DNA of 62,884 bases, counting the filler, from Chiloscyllium plagiosum (lineage: Eukaryota), in assembly GCF_004010195.1 (NCBI RefSeq). It is 4 parts of one record of this genome, joined end to end, with 100 filler letters (N's around TTAATTAATTAA, not from the genome) between each part and the next. Parts side by side here need not be neighbours in the genome. Positions count along the whole stretch, not along the records: positions 1 to 25,863 come from NC_057715.1; 3 more parts are not named here. One strand, given 5' to 3'. This document shows positions 1 to 13,789 of this stretch, piece by piece. The position numbers and the translations under genes were made by a program. The notes beneath the pieces are model-generated. The model saw only the letters and a program-made list of their open reading frames with translations. It did no database searches and was not told the DNA's origin. Every line of letters begins with the position of its first letter. Position 1 is the first letter of the stretch.

Positions 1-264
1 GACCTCTCCGCCCCCCCCCCCGTCTGACCTATCACCCTCACCTTGACCTCTTTCCACCTATCACATTTCCGACGCCCCTCCCCCAAGTCCCTCCTCCCTA
101 CCTTTTATCTTAGCCTGCTGGACACACTTTCCTCATTCCTGAAGAAGGGCTTATAACCGAAACGTCGATTCTCCTGTTCCCTGGATGCTGCCTGACCTGC
201 TGCGCTTTTCCAGCAACACATTTTCAGCTCTGATCTCCAGCATCTGCAGACCTCACTTTCTCCC
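1..264 (+). mobile_element. Penelope-like element 3' end / pLTR (family A)
   Basis: Same sequence as the pLTR that follows a GIY-YIG coding region at 43878-44415; hammerhead core CTGAAGA(139-145)...GAAACGTC(159-166). Confidence 0.85.
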
Positions 265-1179
265 CAAATTCACTTAAATCTTCTTTGTCTCCTCCTCACA
301 GTACCATCTTTGTTTTTGCTATCGCAAACTTGGAATTTAGTCCCTGTTTTGTTTTTTTCTCATGGTCCGTATGTCAGTGCAACTTTAAGACACATATTTG
401 TGAAGTCATCACTTTATCCTAGCAGGTGACCTGAGGGTATATACAGACTCCAGGGTCACTTGAAATATGACACACAACTGAAAGCATGCAACTTAGTTGT
501 TATCAATAACTTGATATTATCATAGATACATGTTTGCCCATGAATGTAACATTTTTATAAGGCAGCTGTCATTGGATGCTTCAATACCACAATAGCCAAG
601 CCTAATTTCTTATCTTATAAGGGATAAAATATACATTGTTGCATCGGGTGAGAAAAAAATCCACTAGCAGCAAAATCAAATTATGATTAATAGTGGTGGC
701 CACTTATGAAAATGACTCATTACCTGCATTGTAAATTTTTGGAAAACTCATTAAAGTCACTGGAAAACAGCTCTGGACATCAGAGACTGAGGGTAGTCAG
801 TTTCTGTCAGTGCAGATAGCTTGCTGTTAGCCCAGATACTGAAGTACCTTTGAATGATGTGTAGTAGTAGCCTGTTGGACTCTTCAATATCACAATGCCA
901 CATTATAAAGGATAACATAATCATTGATGCAGCAAGTAAAATATTCTGCTGGAGACAAAATCACATCAGTCCCCAGCCCCAAATCATTAATATAGTCTGT
1001 CAACAGGTGGGATCCAGGCCCAAGCCCTTACAGTAAACTTAATAAGCACACACAGTAACCTGAAAATAACCAATTTATTCCTACTTTCTGTTTTCTTTCC
1101 ATTAGAAAATCCTCATTTCTTACCTGTATATTATTCCTATAGCATGTACAGTAATTTAATTTATTAACTTCCTGTATGT

Positions 1180-1600
1180 GATCTTATTAAAAGCATCTGA
1201 AAACTCAAATATATCATAGTTACTAGTTCCTCTTTATCTACACTGTTAATTGAATCCTCAAAAAAAAGATTTTGAAACGTGATTTTCCTTGCATAAATCT
1301 ATGTTGATTTTCAGATCACATAATAATTTTCTAAGTGTCCAGTTATCACATCATTTGAAATAAATTTTCTTTTTCTCTCCTGCTACTAATGACAGGCTAG
1401 CAATGCTACAGATTTCTGTTCTAACTCACCCTCTTTTCTTAATGACAGAGTTCCACTTGCAACCTTTAAATCTACAGGCACAATTCCTGAATGTGTGATA
1501 ATATAAAGGTTACCACTGACAAATCCATTATCTGTACAGCCAGCTCTTTCAAAACTCTAGGATGCAGATCATCAAGTGCTAGGGATTTGTCAATTTTCAA
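1180..1600 (-). mobile_element. Degenerate CR1-type LINE RT fragment
   Basis: Reverse-complement similarity to the CR1 RT remnants at 1710-2870 and 29800-30330. Confidence 0.6.
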
Positions 1601-1709
1601 TATTAAATTATGAAGTAAACTAATGATTTATACATTATTATGTTTTTTTTAAAATTGTAAATTATTTCAGTTCCTCATTTTTACCTTTGATCTTTTTTAC
1701 TGTGGGGAA

Positions 1710-2870
1710 ATTCAGTAGATTCTGGAATAGTCCCTGCAGACTGAAGGGTGGCAATGGTAACCTCACTTTTTATAAAAAAAGGAGTGAGGGAGAAGACTGG
1801 GAAATCAACACCATATGGCTAATATCAGGAGCATGGAAAATGCTAGAATCTATTAGAAAGGATGTGATATCAGGGCACTTAGAAGTACAAATGGAATGAT
1901 ACAAATTCACTATGAATCCATGAAAGGGAAATCAGATTTAACAAACCTACCAGAGCTTTTTGAGCATGTGACGAGGAGACTAGCTAAAAGATATGGTGTC
2001 TTTGGACTTTCAGAGACCTTTTGATATGTCCCAAAAAACAAGTTATTACTTAAAATTAAATAACATGGAATCGGTGTTAATACACTGGCATGGGCTGAGA
2101 ACTTGTTAGCAGAGAGGCAAAAAAAAAGGAGAGAAAAAATTGGTTCTTTTTGAAGTAGAAGAGTCACTAGAAACTAAGGGATCAGTGCTTGGGCCCTATC
2201 AATGCTATCAACAATATGTATCAACAATTTGGATAAGGGAATCTAAAGTTAGATTTCCAAATTTTTTTGAAGACTCAGATCTAGGTAATATTCTAAATGG
2301 TGAAGTGGATGTAAAGAGGCTCAAGATGTAAAGGGGCTCAACTTTGGAGAATTTGAGTGACTGGGCAGATGCAGTATAATCTGAATAAGTGTGACTTTTT
2401 AAATTTCAGATAAATAAACAGAATTGTCGTGCATTATTCAAGTTGTGATAGTTTGGAAATATTGAGAGACCTGAGACCTTGTGCACCTGTCACTGAAAAT
2501 GAACATGTAGGTGCAGCAAGCAGGTAGGAAGGCAAATGATATACAGGCATTTATTGCAAGATGATTTGAATACAGGAGCAAATATATCTTACTGAAATTT
2601 GATGAGGTTATGTCTGGTGCGTTGTGTTCAATTTTGGTTCCCTTACCTAAGAAAGGGTATATTTACCTTAGAGTGAGTATAGCAAAATTTCACTAGACTG
2701 ACTTCTAGAATAATGGGATTGATACATGAGGAAAGATCGGGTTGATTTAGGCTTGTATTCACAGGGGTTTTTAAAGTTGAGAGGAGATCTCATTTAAATG
2801 TATAAATTCTGAGAGATCTGGGCAGATCAGATCTAAGGATAATGTTTGCCATGGTAGCCCATTTAGAAGT
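1710..2870 (+). mobile_element. Degenerate CR1-type LINE ORF2 (RT region)
   Basis: Decayed motifs resembling KMLESII, KGKSCLTNL, LDFQKAFD, GSVLGP and QFWSP; many stops and frameshifts. Confidence 0.8.
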
Positions 2871-2884
2871 TGATGTACATTAAA

Positions 2885-3086
2885 ATAAAACAAAGAACTG
2901 TGGATGCTGAAGATCTCCAACAAATACAAAATTGCTGATGAAACGCAATAAGTCTGGCAGCATCTATGGGAAGAAAGCAGAGTTAACATTTCAAGTCTGA
3001 TGATGAACAGTCATTGGACTCAAAATGTTATCTCTATTTTCTTCCCACAGTTGCTGCCAGACCTGCTGAGTTTTACCAGTAACTTC
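2885..3086. mobile_element. Penelope pLTR family B, inverted (fold-back) pair
   Basis: 2885-2998 is the reverse complement of 3000-3086; CTGATGA at 2997-3003 and a decayed GAAACGTTA lie near the junction. Confidence 0.7.
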
Positions 3087-3109
3087 TAGAACTGAGAATA
3101 TGCTGCATG

Positions 3110-3975
3110 AGCTATAGTAACGTTGGGTGATGCCATTTGGGCAAAAGAACACCCATTTGCATTCCAGAATGTTATGAATTGTAGTTGAGCTTCATAACTG
3201 TAGCATATTTGGATGGTATTATTATAATTTGTAACACATGGAAGACAAGTCAAACCCTTGTTTAAACAATTACAGTGGGCTGGTTTACTAACAAATTTAA
3301 ACAAAGTTGAATTCACAAAAGCAAGGGTACATTTTCTTTTCATATATACATGTTAATTAGGACGTATTGTTGGACAGGGGCAAGTGTTGCCGAGGATGGG
3401 GAATGTTAAGGCTCTAATAGAATTCCATGAACCTAAAATGGAGGAGTGTTTTAGGAATGTATGGATTTCACTGGCAATTTAAGCATATTTTCAATATAAT
3501 AGCTGTATTTTTAACAAGATTATTAACAAAATGAACAAGAGTGATTTGGTCGGTAAAATGCCAAGCAGCCTTTTAATAAAAATTGAAAACAATTCTGTTA
3601 AATGGCTGCCTCTGATTTTTCCAGAGCTTTCAAAATAGCAATTGATGTCAGTGATTTGGGGAGGGGTGCTCTTTTATTACAGGACTGTGATTGCGAATAG
3701 GAAAAACAGTGAGATATTCAGTAAGAAATAAAACAATATCAGATAAGGTACACAACCATTGGAAAAAAAAGACTTTGGGATTGTTGTTGGCTTTTCAACA
3801 TCTTACAATCTGCATCTGAAATGGAAATAATATAACACTATACTGATTATAATAAACTAACCTTAATTTAAATATTTAAAAATCAGAATGTAGGACTATT
3901 CAGATGGAGTCTTTTGATACAACCATTCAATGTAATGATTATTCATATCACTAGATAAGAGAATTTAATTGTCCC
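3110..3975 (+). mobile_element. Gypsy/Ty3 LTR retrotransposon pol remnant (RT-RNase H)
   Basis: Decayed motifs read by eye: VMPFG.KN, F.IAIDVSD.G.GA.LLQ, YTTI.K, RL.RWSL.IQPFN..I.HI. Confidence 0.75.
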
Positions 3976-4224
3976 AAATGTAAAATGTTGAAATAAGGTA
4001 AAGGTTTCAGAAAGATGAGGACTGTGTTAGATTGTATAGGGGGTGGGAGAAGGGGGAGTAAGAATGGATGTAAGTTTTCTGTTGTGTTCTTTGTGTATCA
4101 CAGGTTCTGTAATGAAACACTTTGTTAAGGACTGAAGCAAGCAAAGACTGTATTGATTTATCTTTGTGCTTTTTCAACTTGTGGGCTGAAATGAGAAAGC
4201 AATATTCCAAAATCAGTGTTTTAA

Positions 4225-4597
4225 AGAATTGTTTTGAGAAGCAATGTTCATGCTTAACAAATTTATTGGAGGTTTTTGAGGATGGAACTAATAAAATAGA
4301 TAAGGGGCAACAGTCAATGTGATGTGTTTAGATTTTCAGAAGGATTTTGATAAATTCCAATCTAAGAGATTAGTGGTCAAAATTAAAGCACCTGAAATAT
4401 GGGGCAGTAGTTTGGAATGGATTGAGAATTAGTTGACAGAAAACTGAGACTGGCAACAAATGGGTCTTTATCCAGGTGGCAGGCAGCAACTAGTATGGTA
4501 TCACAAAGATCAGTGTTTTGACCGTAGCTATAAATGTCCTGGATGAGGGAAGCACTTGCAAAATTTTCAAGTTTGCTGATGACACAAAACTGGGTCA
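4225..4597 (+). mobile_element. CR1-type LINE RT fragment
   Basis: SCLTNLLEVFE, LDFQKDFDK and KFADDTKLG motifs. Confidence 0.8.
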
Positions 4598-7500
4598 GTA
4601 TTCCTGGTACTCCTAGGTTTCTGTAGTCACCTATGCCCTCTCTGCCTGTGTATACCTGTGGTGTGAAACATCCTATCCATCTGTTTCATATTTTCATAAT
4701 AGTGACTCTAGCCACTGATCACATTGCAAAATCTGCAGGTCAGTTGTCTGCGACTTGTGACGCTTCTTGTATTTGTGATTGTCTGGACCATGTGTAACAT
4801 CATGTTTTCTGCACATTGTACAAATGGACATTTCACTGGACTGAGTTGTCCTGCCATGCATTAAGCTTAATTTAAGACTATTTATCAAGAAATTACCTGT
4901 ATTTACACAGATATACAAACAGATGACTCACAAGCAATCACTTAGCTATTTCCCTTTGATGACATCCAGAATTTTGCCTCCTAATCTCCACATTCAAATC
5001 TTGGTCTCTCTCCTACTGAGCTACATCCTGAAAGCCCTCAATTTCAAGTGTCACTTTCTGATTCTCTCTCAAAGCTTCACCTCTCAATGTTCCCCTGTTA
5101 AAGTGACGCTGTTTCTCTCATTGCTTCACCTTGTGAAGTCCCCCATTTCAAGTTTTGCTCTCCTTCTCACCCTGCTTTACCTTGTAAAGACTTGAATTCA
5201 CTCTTCTTTTCAATCACACTGATTAAAACTTTGAAGTCTCCTTGGTTCAAGTATCATCCTTTCTATTGTTGCATCATCCCCCACATCATCTTGGTTGAAT
5301 CCCATTGTCTCTCACTTTCTCACTGCCTCACCTCCCAAAGTCTTACTGAATAGTTACCACACTCCACATGTTCATTGTCAAATTATAGAGGGGAGGTGGT
5401 CTAGATGATGGAGCACTGCAATAAAGTAAAGTTGATACTGATTGAGAGAGGAAATCAACCAATGAAGATCTAACAATGTTCTTGGCAGTTGTATGTGGAC
5501 TTGCAAGACATCTCCTGATTTTCCCTTTAAGCCCTGTAAGTATATTTTGTATATCTTACCTCTTTGTGACAGTCTGCTGCAGCCTTTTGAAGAACCCCGA
5601 GGCAGGCCTTAAGTAAATCACAGCCAACCTGGCACAAGTTGCATGGACCATGTGTAATTCACATGTGCATTCACAGAAACCAATTAGGTAACAGAGGCAT
5701 CAAAGTGATAATAGGTCCCTGATCTGCATGTATAAATTCTAAAGTCTGCGGATCCTGGGTTCCTCTCTTGATGCCTTTATCAAGATATTACAGGTACTCA
5801 TATGGCTCAGAATGGATTATCCACTTCTGCCCAAAAATTTGGATTCTTGTGGCCCTGTTTTGCACCTGTTATTGAGTTTCGGGACCAAAACCTAAGCATC
5901 CAAATTGGGATTCTGAATTTCGATTGAATGGGTATTTCCTCTCTGCCAATTGCAAATTATTTTTCTCCAAATTATGAATAATTATGTCAAAATTCTTGGC
6001 ATCATTACAATTAAACTAACTTGGACTTTGCACAGATGAAGACCAAACTATATAAAAGGGACTCTGTTAACATGGTTTGTATGAGCTTCATATCTGAAGA
6101 TTGTCACTTTGCGCCATTTTTAAATTTAATGTCAATTTTGCAATATTAATCCTATATGGTTTATTGATCATTTTTGTGTTAATTTTAGTTTGTCGGTAAT
6201 TGATTTTTGTCAGTGAGATTTACCATATGTACCTTTGTTTACAGACATGCACTGACAGTTTAAAAGGTTTTAGTTATGGATTTTGGCAAACACCCTTGCT
6301 TCCCAACACCCATCCAAACAGCTGTTTAGCCATTTCTGTGAAGAGGATGCTGTGGTAATGTGGACGGCATTTTAAAATCAATTTTAATAGGGCCACAGGA
6401 TAAATTGAATATTCTGGTTGGAACTATGTGCAAAGCCACTCTACATTTGATTGTGGTCATCATTAAATTTCTCCTCCTCAGTCTTACTGCTCAAGTGTTT
6501 ACTTGTCCACAATAAAAATCAAGCCTGTTGAGAAACTGCCAACAGGGAGCAGCCTGAATAGGGTTTGGAGCTGAATACTATTTTATCTACTGCAGTAAAT
6601 AGAAATAAATACAGCAAAATGGGTTGTGAATCCTGAAAGAATTTTAGGCAGACACAATAGCAGGCAAAATATTGATTTTAACACTTCAGATGAAGATCAT
6701 TAGAAGGTGGATGGTGAAGTTGGATATTAAAATATTTTTTAAAGTCATAAAGAGACCGGCCAATTATACAACAGGAGCATTGACTGTCAAAATGTGTTTT
6801 TGAAGAATGAGATTGCAAAAAAAAAGAAAATTATAGTGGCTGAGTTTGTAACTGAAGAAAATAATTTTACCTAGGAGAAAACAAAGGTATATTTAATTTA
6901 TTTAGCCAAATAAATGGTTTTTTGAACAGGCAATTGTAAGTTAAGGCCTGGGAATCATTGGAAGAGTAAATTATTTTGTAGTCAGTAAATGGGAAATACT
7001 GCTGATTGTAAAAACAATTTTTGTTATATCCCATTGCTATGCTAAGCATCAAGTGCTATGCTTCAGCCTTCTGCAGAATGAGAAGACTATAGATATGTCA
7101 GGCAGAATTGCAGACACACAAAAAAACTCTTTTATGTACTTTTCAATGTACTTTTTTTACTCCTGAAAATAGATAAGGCAAGTATATGAAAAGATATTTC
7201 ATGTGCATAAATTGTCTGATTGTAATCTAAAATCTCTGAATCAGTCAGGCTGGAAAATGAGACCAGCGATTGGAGCTAATCTGTTTGAGCTACTGGAATA
7301 AACAGGCTGATAAAAACTCAAGTTGAATATTTGTAGAATAAGGGAGAAGAAGTTGAACTTTTGCAAACATCAGAATTAGGATGCAATAAATAGACTTGAA
7401 AAGAGGGGCTGCATTTAAACAGCAGGAGAAAAGGGTGTTGATTTTCTTGGATCATCATTGGCATCCCAATGCAGCAAGAACAGTTAATAATGAATCTTAA

Positions 7501-8174
7501 TCGTCAGATCCAGCAGGTCAGTTCTGATTGATCAGGTCATTACCATAGGTATGGGACACAGATTTGCTTTCTCCATGACTCACATTTCTTTAATGAGAAA
7601 GGTACAATGTATATTCAAATTCTTTTTGCTTAGGTAAGTCAGGGTCCCTATGCATTTATATATGTAACTTCCAGCACATGCAAACTGATAGCCTGGTTAA
7701 ACCTTAAATTGGTTTTTAGTATAATGCACATTTAATTATTTAGTAGTTATTTACTAAATGATTTCCAGTATCAGAATCACACCTTATGGTGAATAAACTT
7801 TACTGAAGCTTGCATGCACTAAGCATGTTGCCTGCTACCAATGGTCAATAGGGAATGTTGTTTGATGTAGTCATTAGGATATATGGATTATGTATCTGAC
7901 ATCACATCAAAGCTGAAACTCATGTAACACATTGCTCATTGTATAGAGGTATAAGTGGTCCTCAAGTTAAAAAGATGTCCTAGTAAGGATTTTGGTTTCA
8001 TTGTAATGAGAGGTTTTTAAGCTGTGTGTTCCAAAGACTGGCTGATTATGCCAAACAATATATCTCTGGCTATTCACAACTGACAATATATTAACTGTCA
8101 CTAGCCAACACATATTTCCCAAACTATTTTATTTTCTTAGTAAGGGTGCGAAGTACAAAATAATTACTTTCATC

Positions 8175-8720
8175 AATATGAAATTTGGGACCTGGAAATT
8201 CAGGACCTCCTTGGACAACCTCGACCCAAAGGTGACATCGTAGAACAGGAGTTCAGGCACCTCAACATTCATATTGCTGCCCTAAGTGACAGCATGAAGT
8301 GGAAATCCCACCGATGGAACAAAGGAGTGATTACAACTTCTTCTGGAAGAGAAACAGCATCTCTAATGGAAAGGGCTTCACCAACAAAAATGTGCTTGTC
8401 AGGTGCCTTAGTGATCTCACCCAATTTCCTTGCCCCATGTCAGATAAGCAACAATCTCATGACTGTCCATCCATCCTATGACAGAATGAGCAAACCACTA
8501 TTATCATTGCATATTCCCTATACCAAAGAAAACAGACAAGGTCAAGGAGCACTCCGTATGCTTTTGCCGAAATGTCGATTTCCCTGCTCCTCGGATGCTG
8601 CCTGACTGGCTGTGCTTTTCCAGCACCACTTTAATCTAGACTCTGATTCTCAGCAGTACAAAACTGATCTTCCATCAAAATTTAAAAGTCAGATTTCTGG
8701 AAGTGCAAGGTAGGAGCAGA
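8175..8720 (+). mobile_element. RTE-clade LINE endonuclease remnant with a Penelope family A pLTR fragment at about 8557-8655
   Basis: MKFGTW..RT.LDN, LNI.IAALS and YNFFW.. APE motifs. Confidence 0.65.
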
Positions 8721-11279
8721 GAAAGATCTAAAGGAGTCCTCTTTCTGACAAAATGTCCAGAACATGATCTTGTCATTACTAATATCCCAATCCATTAGTG
8801 ATACAAGCACAAGATCTCATTACAGTACCCACTCTCCAAACAGTGTCACTTCCTCAAACACTGTCACTTGCTCAACTGTGTCAGTGTTTGAACAATGGAG
8901 TGCAATAGAGGTGTCCCTGTCATCCATGTTAGGTCAGATGTCATGTTACATCTCACACCATATTATACCATTGATCTGAAGATATAAAAATCTCAGTCTC
9001 CAACTTAACTGGGACCATTGAAGCATGATATGCTAATTGGAGTGAGCTACTGTTAGGCACTGAATAGCTTAGTATTTACAAAGACACAGAAGTGCCTGCA
9101 TTTGAAATAACTATGTGTATAACTAACGCTGCAATAAACATGATTTGAATCTTTCAGTACCACATTAACCTCATCTTGTTCTGATGTGATTACAGGAAAA
9201 ATAAGTTTTTCTTCTTTAGGTCCAAATACCCAGTTGAAGGTAAAAGCCAACAACAGATCACAGTGGTAGATAGGTATTGGTGACTGCTGGACCGATTACT
9301 ACCAGCTCATCCAATCCACTATCTCTATTAGCCTGACTCCAATACCCAAGGAACAAGAGAAGCAATACCACAAGAAAATTAACAGAGAAGGCCTCAAAGA
9401 TTCACCAAGATTGATCACTGTCAACCTGTTAACCTACAGCCAATAGGACTACAGTATGCCTCTAGTATCTGGTTGATCCTAATGCTCACTATAATAAGCT
9501 CCTTTCTTTGGTCTCTGTTGGAAACATCATGAGTAGTTTTACAGGAATGATCATAAGATACCAATACTCAAGAGAAAAGCAATAGCCTTGAAGGTGGTCA
9601 ATAGAGAGAGCATGGTGGCACATTTGTAATAACCACAGTCATGCCTGTCTCCCTTCTTGAACATAGTCCCATTAACTGAGATTCTCCCAGCTCCTCTTCC
9701 CAGTCGATCAATATGAGATTGTACAGCTGGATCTCAAGCATGTTTCAGCACTTCAGCAAGGATTCCATCTGCTCCAGAGGCCTCCTTAATTTTTGGATGG
9801 TGTTTACAACATCACTTTCAAGCAGAATAGGGCTGAGTCCAGGCTGGATGGAGTATAGGAATTAAATTGAGGATTGTCATGTCAAAGACACAGTCTTGTT
9901 CGAAAACTACATTACAATATTGAAATAACTGCACAGAGGCTGGTATCCTATCACTAAGTCACCCTTTACTTACAAGTGCATAGTACATGGAATCTGACCA
10001 GCTCATTTAGAGCCAGTCCCGAGTGTGAGGAAACTGTCTGAATCTCCTGTTTATATCTGTCAGCCAGGATTCCCGGATTGGCCCAAGTTAATAACCCCAA
10101 TCAAACCAGTCATAATGGTTCCTTCAGAGATGAAAGAAAGGTGATTATTATCCTGTGTGTTATTGTCAACCAGATACTTTGGGCACGTTGTAGCACGTGT
10201 TGGCTAGAGGTTAACAAGTTATCAGTGAGGCACTGACATCAGTCAATGGATCTTTGAGGTTTTCCTTGTTAGTTTTCTTGTGGCATTTCTCTTCTTGTTT
10301 TGTAGGTATTGGAGTCAAGCTGATGAGGACAGTGAATTGGATGAGCTGGTGATAATTGACCCAGCAGCTATCAGTAACTAGCTATCACTGTGATTGGTAA
10401 TCCTGTTGTCGGCTTTTACTTGATGAAGAAAGATATATGTTTCCTGCAATAACATCAGAACAAGATGTGACTAACATGGCATTGAAAGATGCAAATGATG
10501 TTTATTACAGCTTTTGGTATATACATAAATATTTCAATTGCAGGCACTTGTGTGTCTGTGTGAACACTGCTATTCAGTGATAAACAGTAGCACATGTGTA
10601 TTGCAAGGGTCTTACTGAACTGCCATCTTCCAGGCGCCAAGGAATGTCTTCCAAAATCATAGTCCACTTTTCACCTGTTGAGAGTGCAGGAATTTCAAGA
10701 AAAAATTTAATTCAAAAAAAAGTTTTAGTACCATGACTACATGGTCTTTATTGACCACAAAAACTGTTTGACTTTCTTAATTTTTAAGGCTTATGAAATA
10801 TCAGGTTTAAATTTGATTGGCTCTGAAATTTGTCACCATCATCCACCTATTCCATGATGAATGCAGGCGGTGATCCTCACCAAAATAACCACCATAAAAC
10901 CTATCTCCTTAAAGGTTGCAACCACTAAGATTGTGGTTTTCAAGCACCACCTGACCCCAGATGGTGGAATCTGCATTTCACACATTGAGCATATCGGTCA
11001 TCTCAGAATTCAGTGAATTAAATAGCAGTAAATTATCCTCAATCTTGAGGGAATTCTCAGGAGGACAAAATAAAGAAATGGTTATGGTAACATTTGAATC
11101 TCATGTCATTCATATTGTACATTATACATTTGAAGCTGATTTATTTCGCAAATTGTTATGGTGACTTCACTACTGTTTGGCAATCCATTATATTTGGAAT
11201 AATGAACAAGAAATGAACTGGATCAGCAACATAAATGTTGTGGCTGTGAATTTAGTGCCAGCTAATTCATCTCCCAAAT

Positions 11280-11935
11280 CTTCAACGTCTGTTCACCAAC
11301 TCCAAGTCGCACATCAGGAGTGTGGTGGAATATTGTCCACTTGCTTGAATGAGTACAGCTCCAACAACACTCAAGAAGCTCAACACTATTTGAAGCCATT
11401 CCTGATGAAGGGCTTTTGCTCGATACGTCAATTCTCCTGCTCCTCGGATGCTGCCTGACCTGCAGTGCTTTTCCAGCACCACACACTTGACTGTAATCTC
11501 CAGCATCTGCAGTCCTCACTTTTGTCTAGACTATTTGAAACTTAGCAGCCTGTTTCATCATCTTACCCATGACTTTCATCATCACCCGTGCAGAATAGCT
11601 GAAGTGGTACCGTCTTCAAAATGTACTGAAGCAACTTTCCAAGGCTGCCTGCTTTAGGAAGCTTCCAGATCCATGATTACTACAATCCAGAATGGCAAGG
11701 CAGCAGATTCCTGTGAATATCTGTAAGATCTCCTCAAATTCACATGCCATCCTGACTTGGAAATATATCATGTTTCTTGGTTGTTGCTAGGTCAACATTT
11801 TGAAATGCATTCACTTAATAGATTGCAGAGGTTTAAGAAGGAGGGTCACCTTCACATTCTTAAAGACAATGAAAGATGGAGAACAAATGCTGACCTTGCC
11901 ACTCATGCCCATGTGCCAAGAAATAATAAAAGAAA
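11280..11935 (+). mobile_element. Degenerate LINE 3' end (CR1/L2 group), interrupted by Penelope
   Basis: RSVVEYCPLA..S.APTTLKKL-like residues; 3' tail similar to the SINE at 17410-17705 and the LINE at 21240-22200. Confidence 0.6.
11395..11529 (+). mobile_element. Penelope family A pLTR insertion with 10-bp TSD
   Basis: TSD actatttgaa at 11385-11394 and 11530-11539; begins with a decayed hammerhead core (CTGATGA...). Confidence 0.85.
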
Positions 11936-12119
11936 AACTTTATTGGTATCCATTATATGTAGATACAACTATAATGACAAACCTTTGTAAAAGATAGTAC
12001 GTTGTGTATATTATTGGTCTCAGTCTCAATCTCAATCTCAAGAAGACTCAAATCCTTTACTAACCTGTTATAGGTCAGGTTCCGGTCCATCCCTCCATTA
12101 ATGTCGCCAGAGAAATCCT

Positions 12120-12845
12120 CCCAAGTGTGGAACATTTCCCCTATTTGGGAAGTTAGCTCTCTTCTGAGGCCAATGTGGACATTCAACATTGCATCCAATC
12201 TGCAAATGCTGCCTTTAGGTGCTTAAGGATAAGAGTCTTCATCAACAGTGACATCTGTGCTCATATCAAGATCCTTGTGTATAAGGCAGTCATTCTTCCA
12301 GTTCTTCTCCATGGCTGCAAAACGTAGACCATGTCTAGATGCCACCTCAATGCTCTTGAGAAGTGCCATCAAATGTTTGAATGGATTATCTGCATCAGCT
12401 GGAAGGACAGATGTACTAACATCAGCGTCTTTGAAGCAGCCAACTGCATCAGCTTCAAAGGCCATGATTATCCAAAACCAACTCTGATGGGCTGGCCATA
12501 TGCTGAGGATGCCTGAGTTCTGACTACGAAAGCAAATCATCTTTGTACAACTCAAGGAAAGCACTTGAATGAGACAAGGGGAAAAGAATTGCTTCAAGGA
12601 CGCCCTGAAGGCCTTCCTCATGAAATATTACATTGATGTCAACACATGGGAGACTTTCTTGAAGGGACACAATTCTTTGAGAACACACAGCAGCAAGAGA
12701 ATGCACAGAAAAGGAACTGAAAGTAGAAATGCCAGTGATTTCAAGGCCAAGAGCCAATTCAATCTCCCAGAAACACCTGCCAAATGTGTGATCAGAGGTA
12801 CAGCTCATCAGCCAAACAAGGGCCCACAGAATCCATGATTAGTGG
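12120..12845 (+). mobile_element. RTE-clade LINE, C-terminal RT region
   Basis: VEHFPYLGS, IQ.ANAAF..LR.RVF and W.DR.TN.SV motifs, decayed. Confidence 0.75.
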
Positions 12846-13789
12846 CACGAAATTTCCTAGGTGGATGGTCGTACTCGTTTGCAAGTGATTACCAATGATT
12901 TGTATATAAATTGTGATGCCTCTATACTACATATTATTACATGAGCTGGATAATTGTCCGCCCTACTGCTTAATGCAAAACACCAGGACATAGACATTAT
13001 TATGTTGCCCACGGTGAGCTCAGCTGATACATGCTCTGTTATGTAAATCCAAATGATCACAACTAACACAAAATGGAATAGATCGAAGGAATCATTTTGT
13101 GGAATATTGGTCAGACTAAACATTGAGTGGTGGGGAAAGATAAATACCTAAAACATTACTGGTGATTATGAAATCATGGAATTTACCACACAAGAAGCTA
13201 AATTTTGGAAGTGACAAGTAGCTTTTTAATACAATTAAAACAGCAATAATGCCAGTGATTAGAAACTGACTGGTATTTTCCAGGCATCTTGCAGGATTTC
13301 TGTAGCATCCAGAGCTTGACAGATGTTTGCGTCGAACTTCCCAAGAGCAAAGTGAGGGAAGGTGATGCGAAAGTCTGCAGACTTGGATAAGTTTGGAGTT
13401 CCCCACCCTTCAGCTGTTACCTTATCTATATGGTAATAGTTTGAGCCACAAACAGTTTTCTCAAAGGGATCCCACTCCATAACAGAGATCTAGCACTTTA
13501 TAAAAGATTCTTATAAAATTCTGAGAGGACTCATTCTTACCTGGAACTGTAACTCCTTCTGTTACTGACCCTCCAAAATTCTACATCTCATATTTCTTCA
13601 TTACTTGGGTGGTCTGTCACCCTCTAACTATTAATTGGTTTGTTCTTTGTAAATCATACTCATGATTATTTCCAACATGGTTGTGTTGGCAGATGGATTT
13701 GAATTTGATGTCAGTCTTCTGATCTCAAACCAAAATTCCCATTGTGGATGGTCATTCAGTATGTCATACCTATGAAATGATCATACCTA

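Noticed and set aside
5555..5760. Minus-strand donor site with an open frame
   Set aside because: No convincing acceptor or recognisable peptide; probably an old repeat.
9270..10680. Possible decayed retroelement or LTR (about 9895-10110)
   Set aside because: Could not read diagnostic motifs or termini with confidence.
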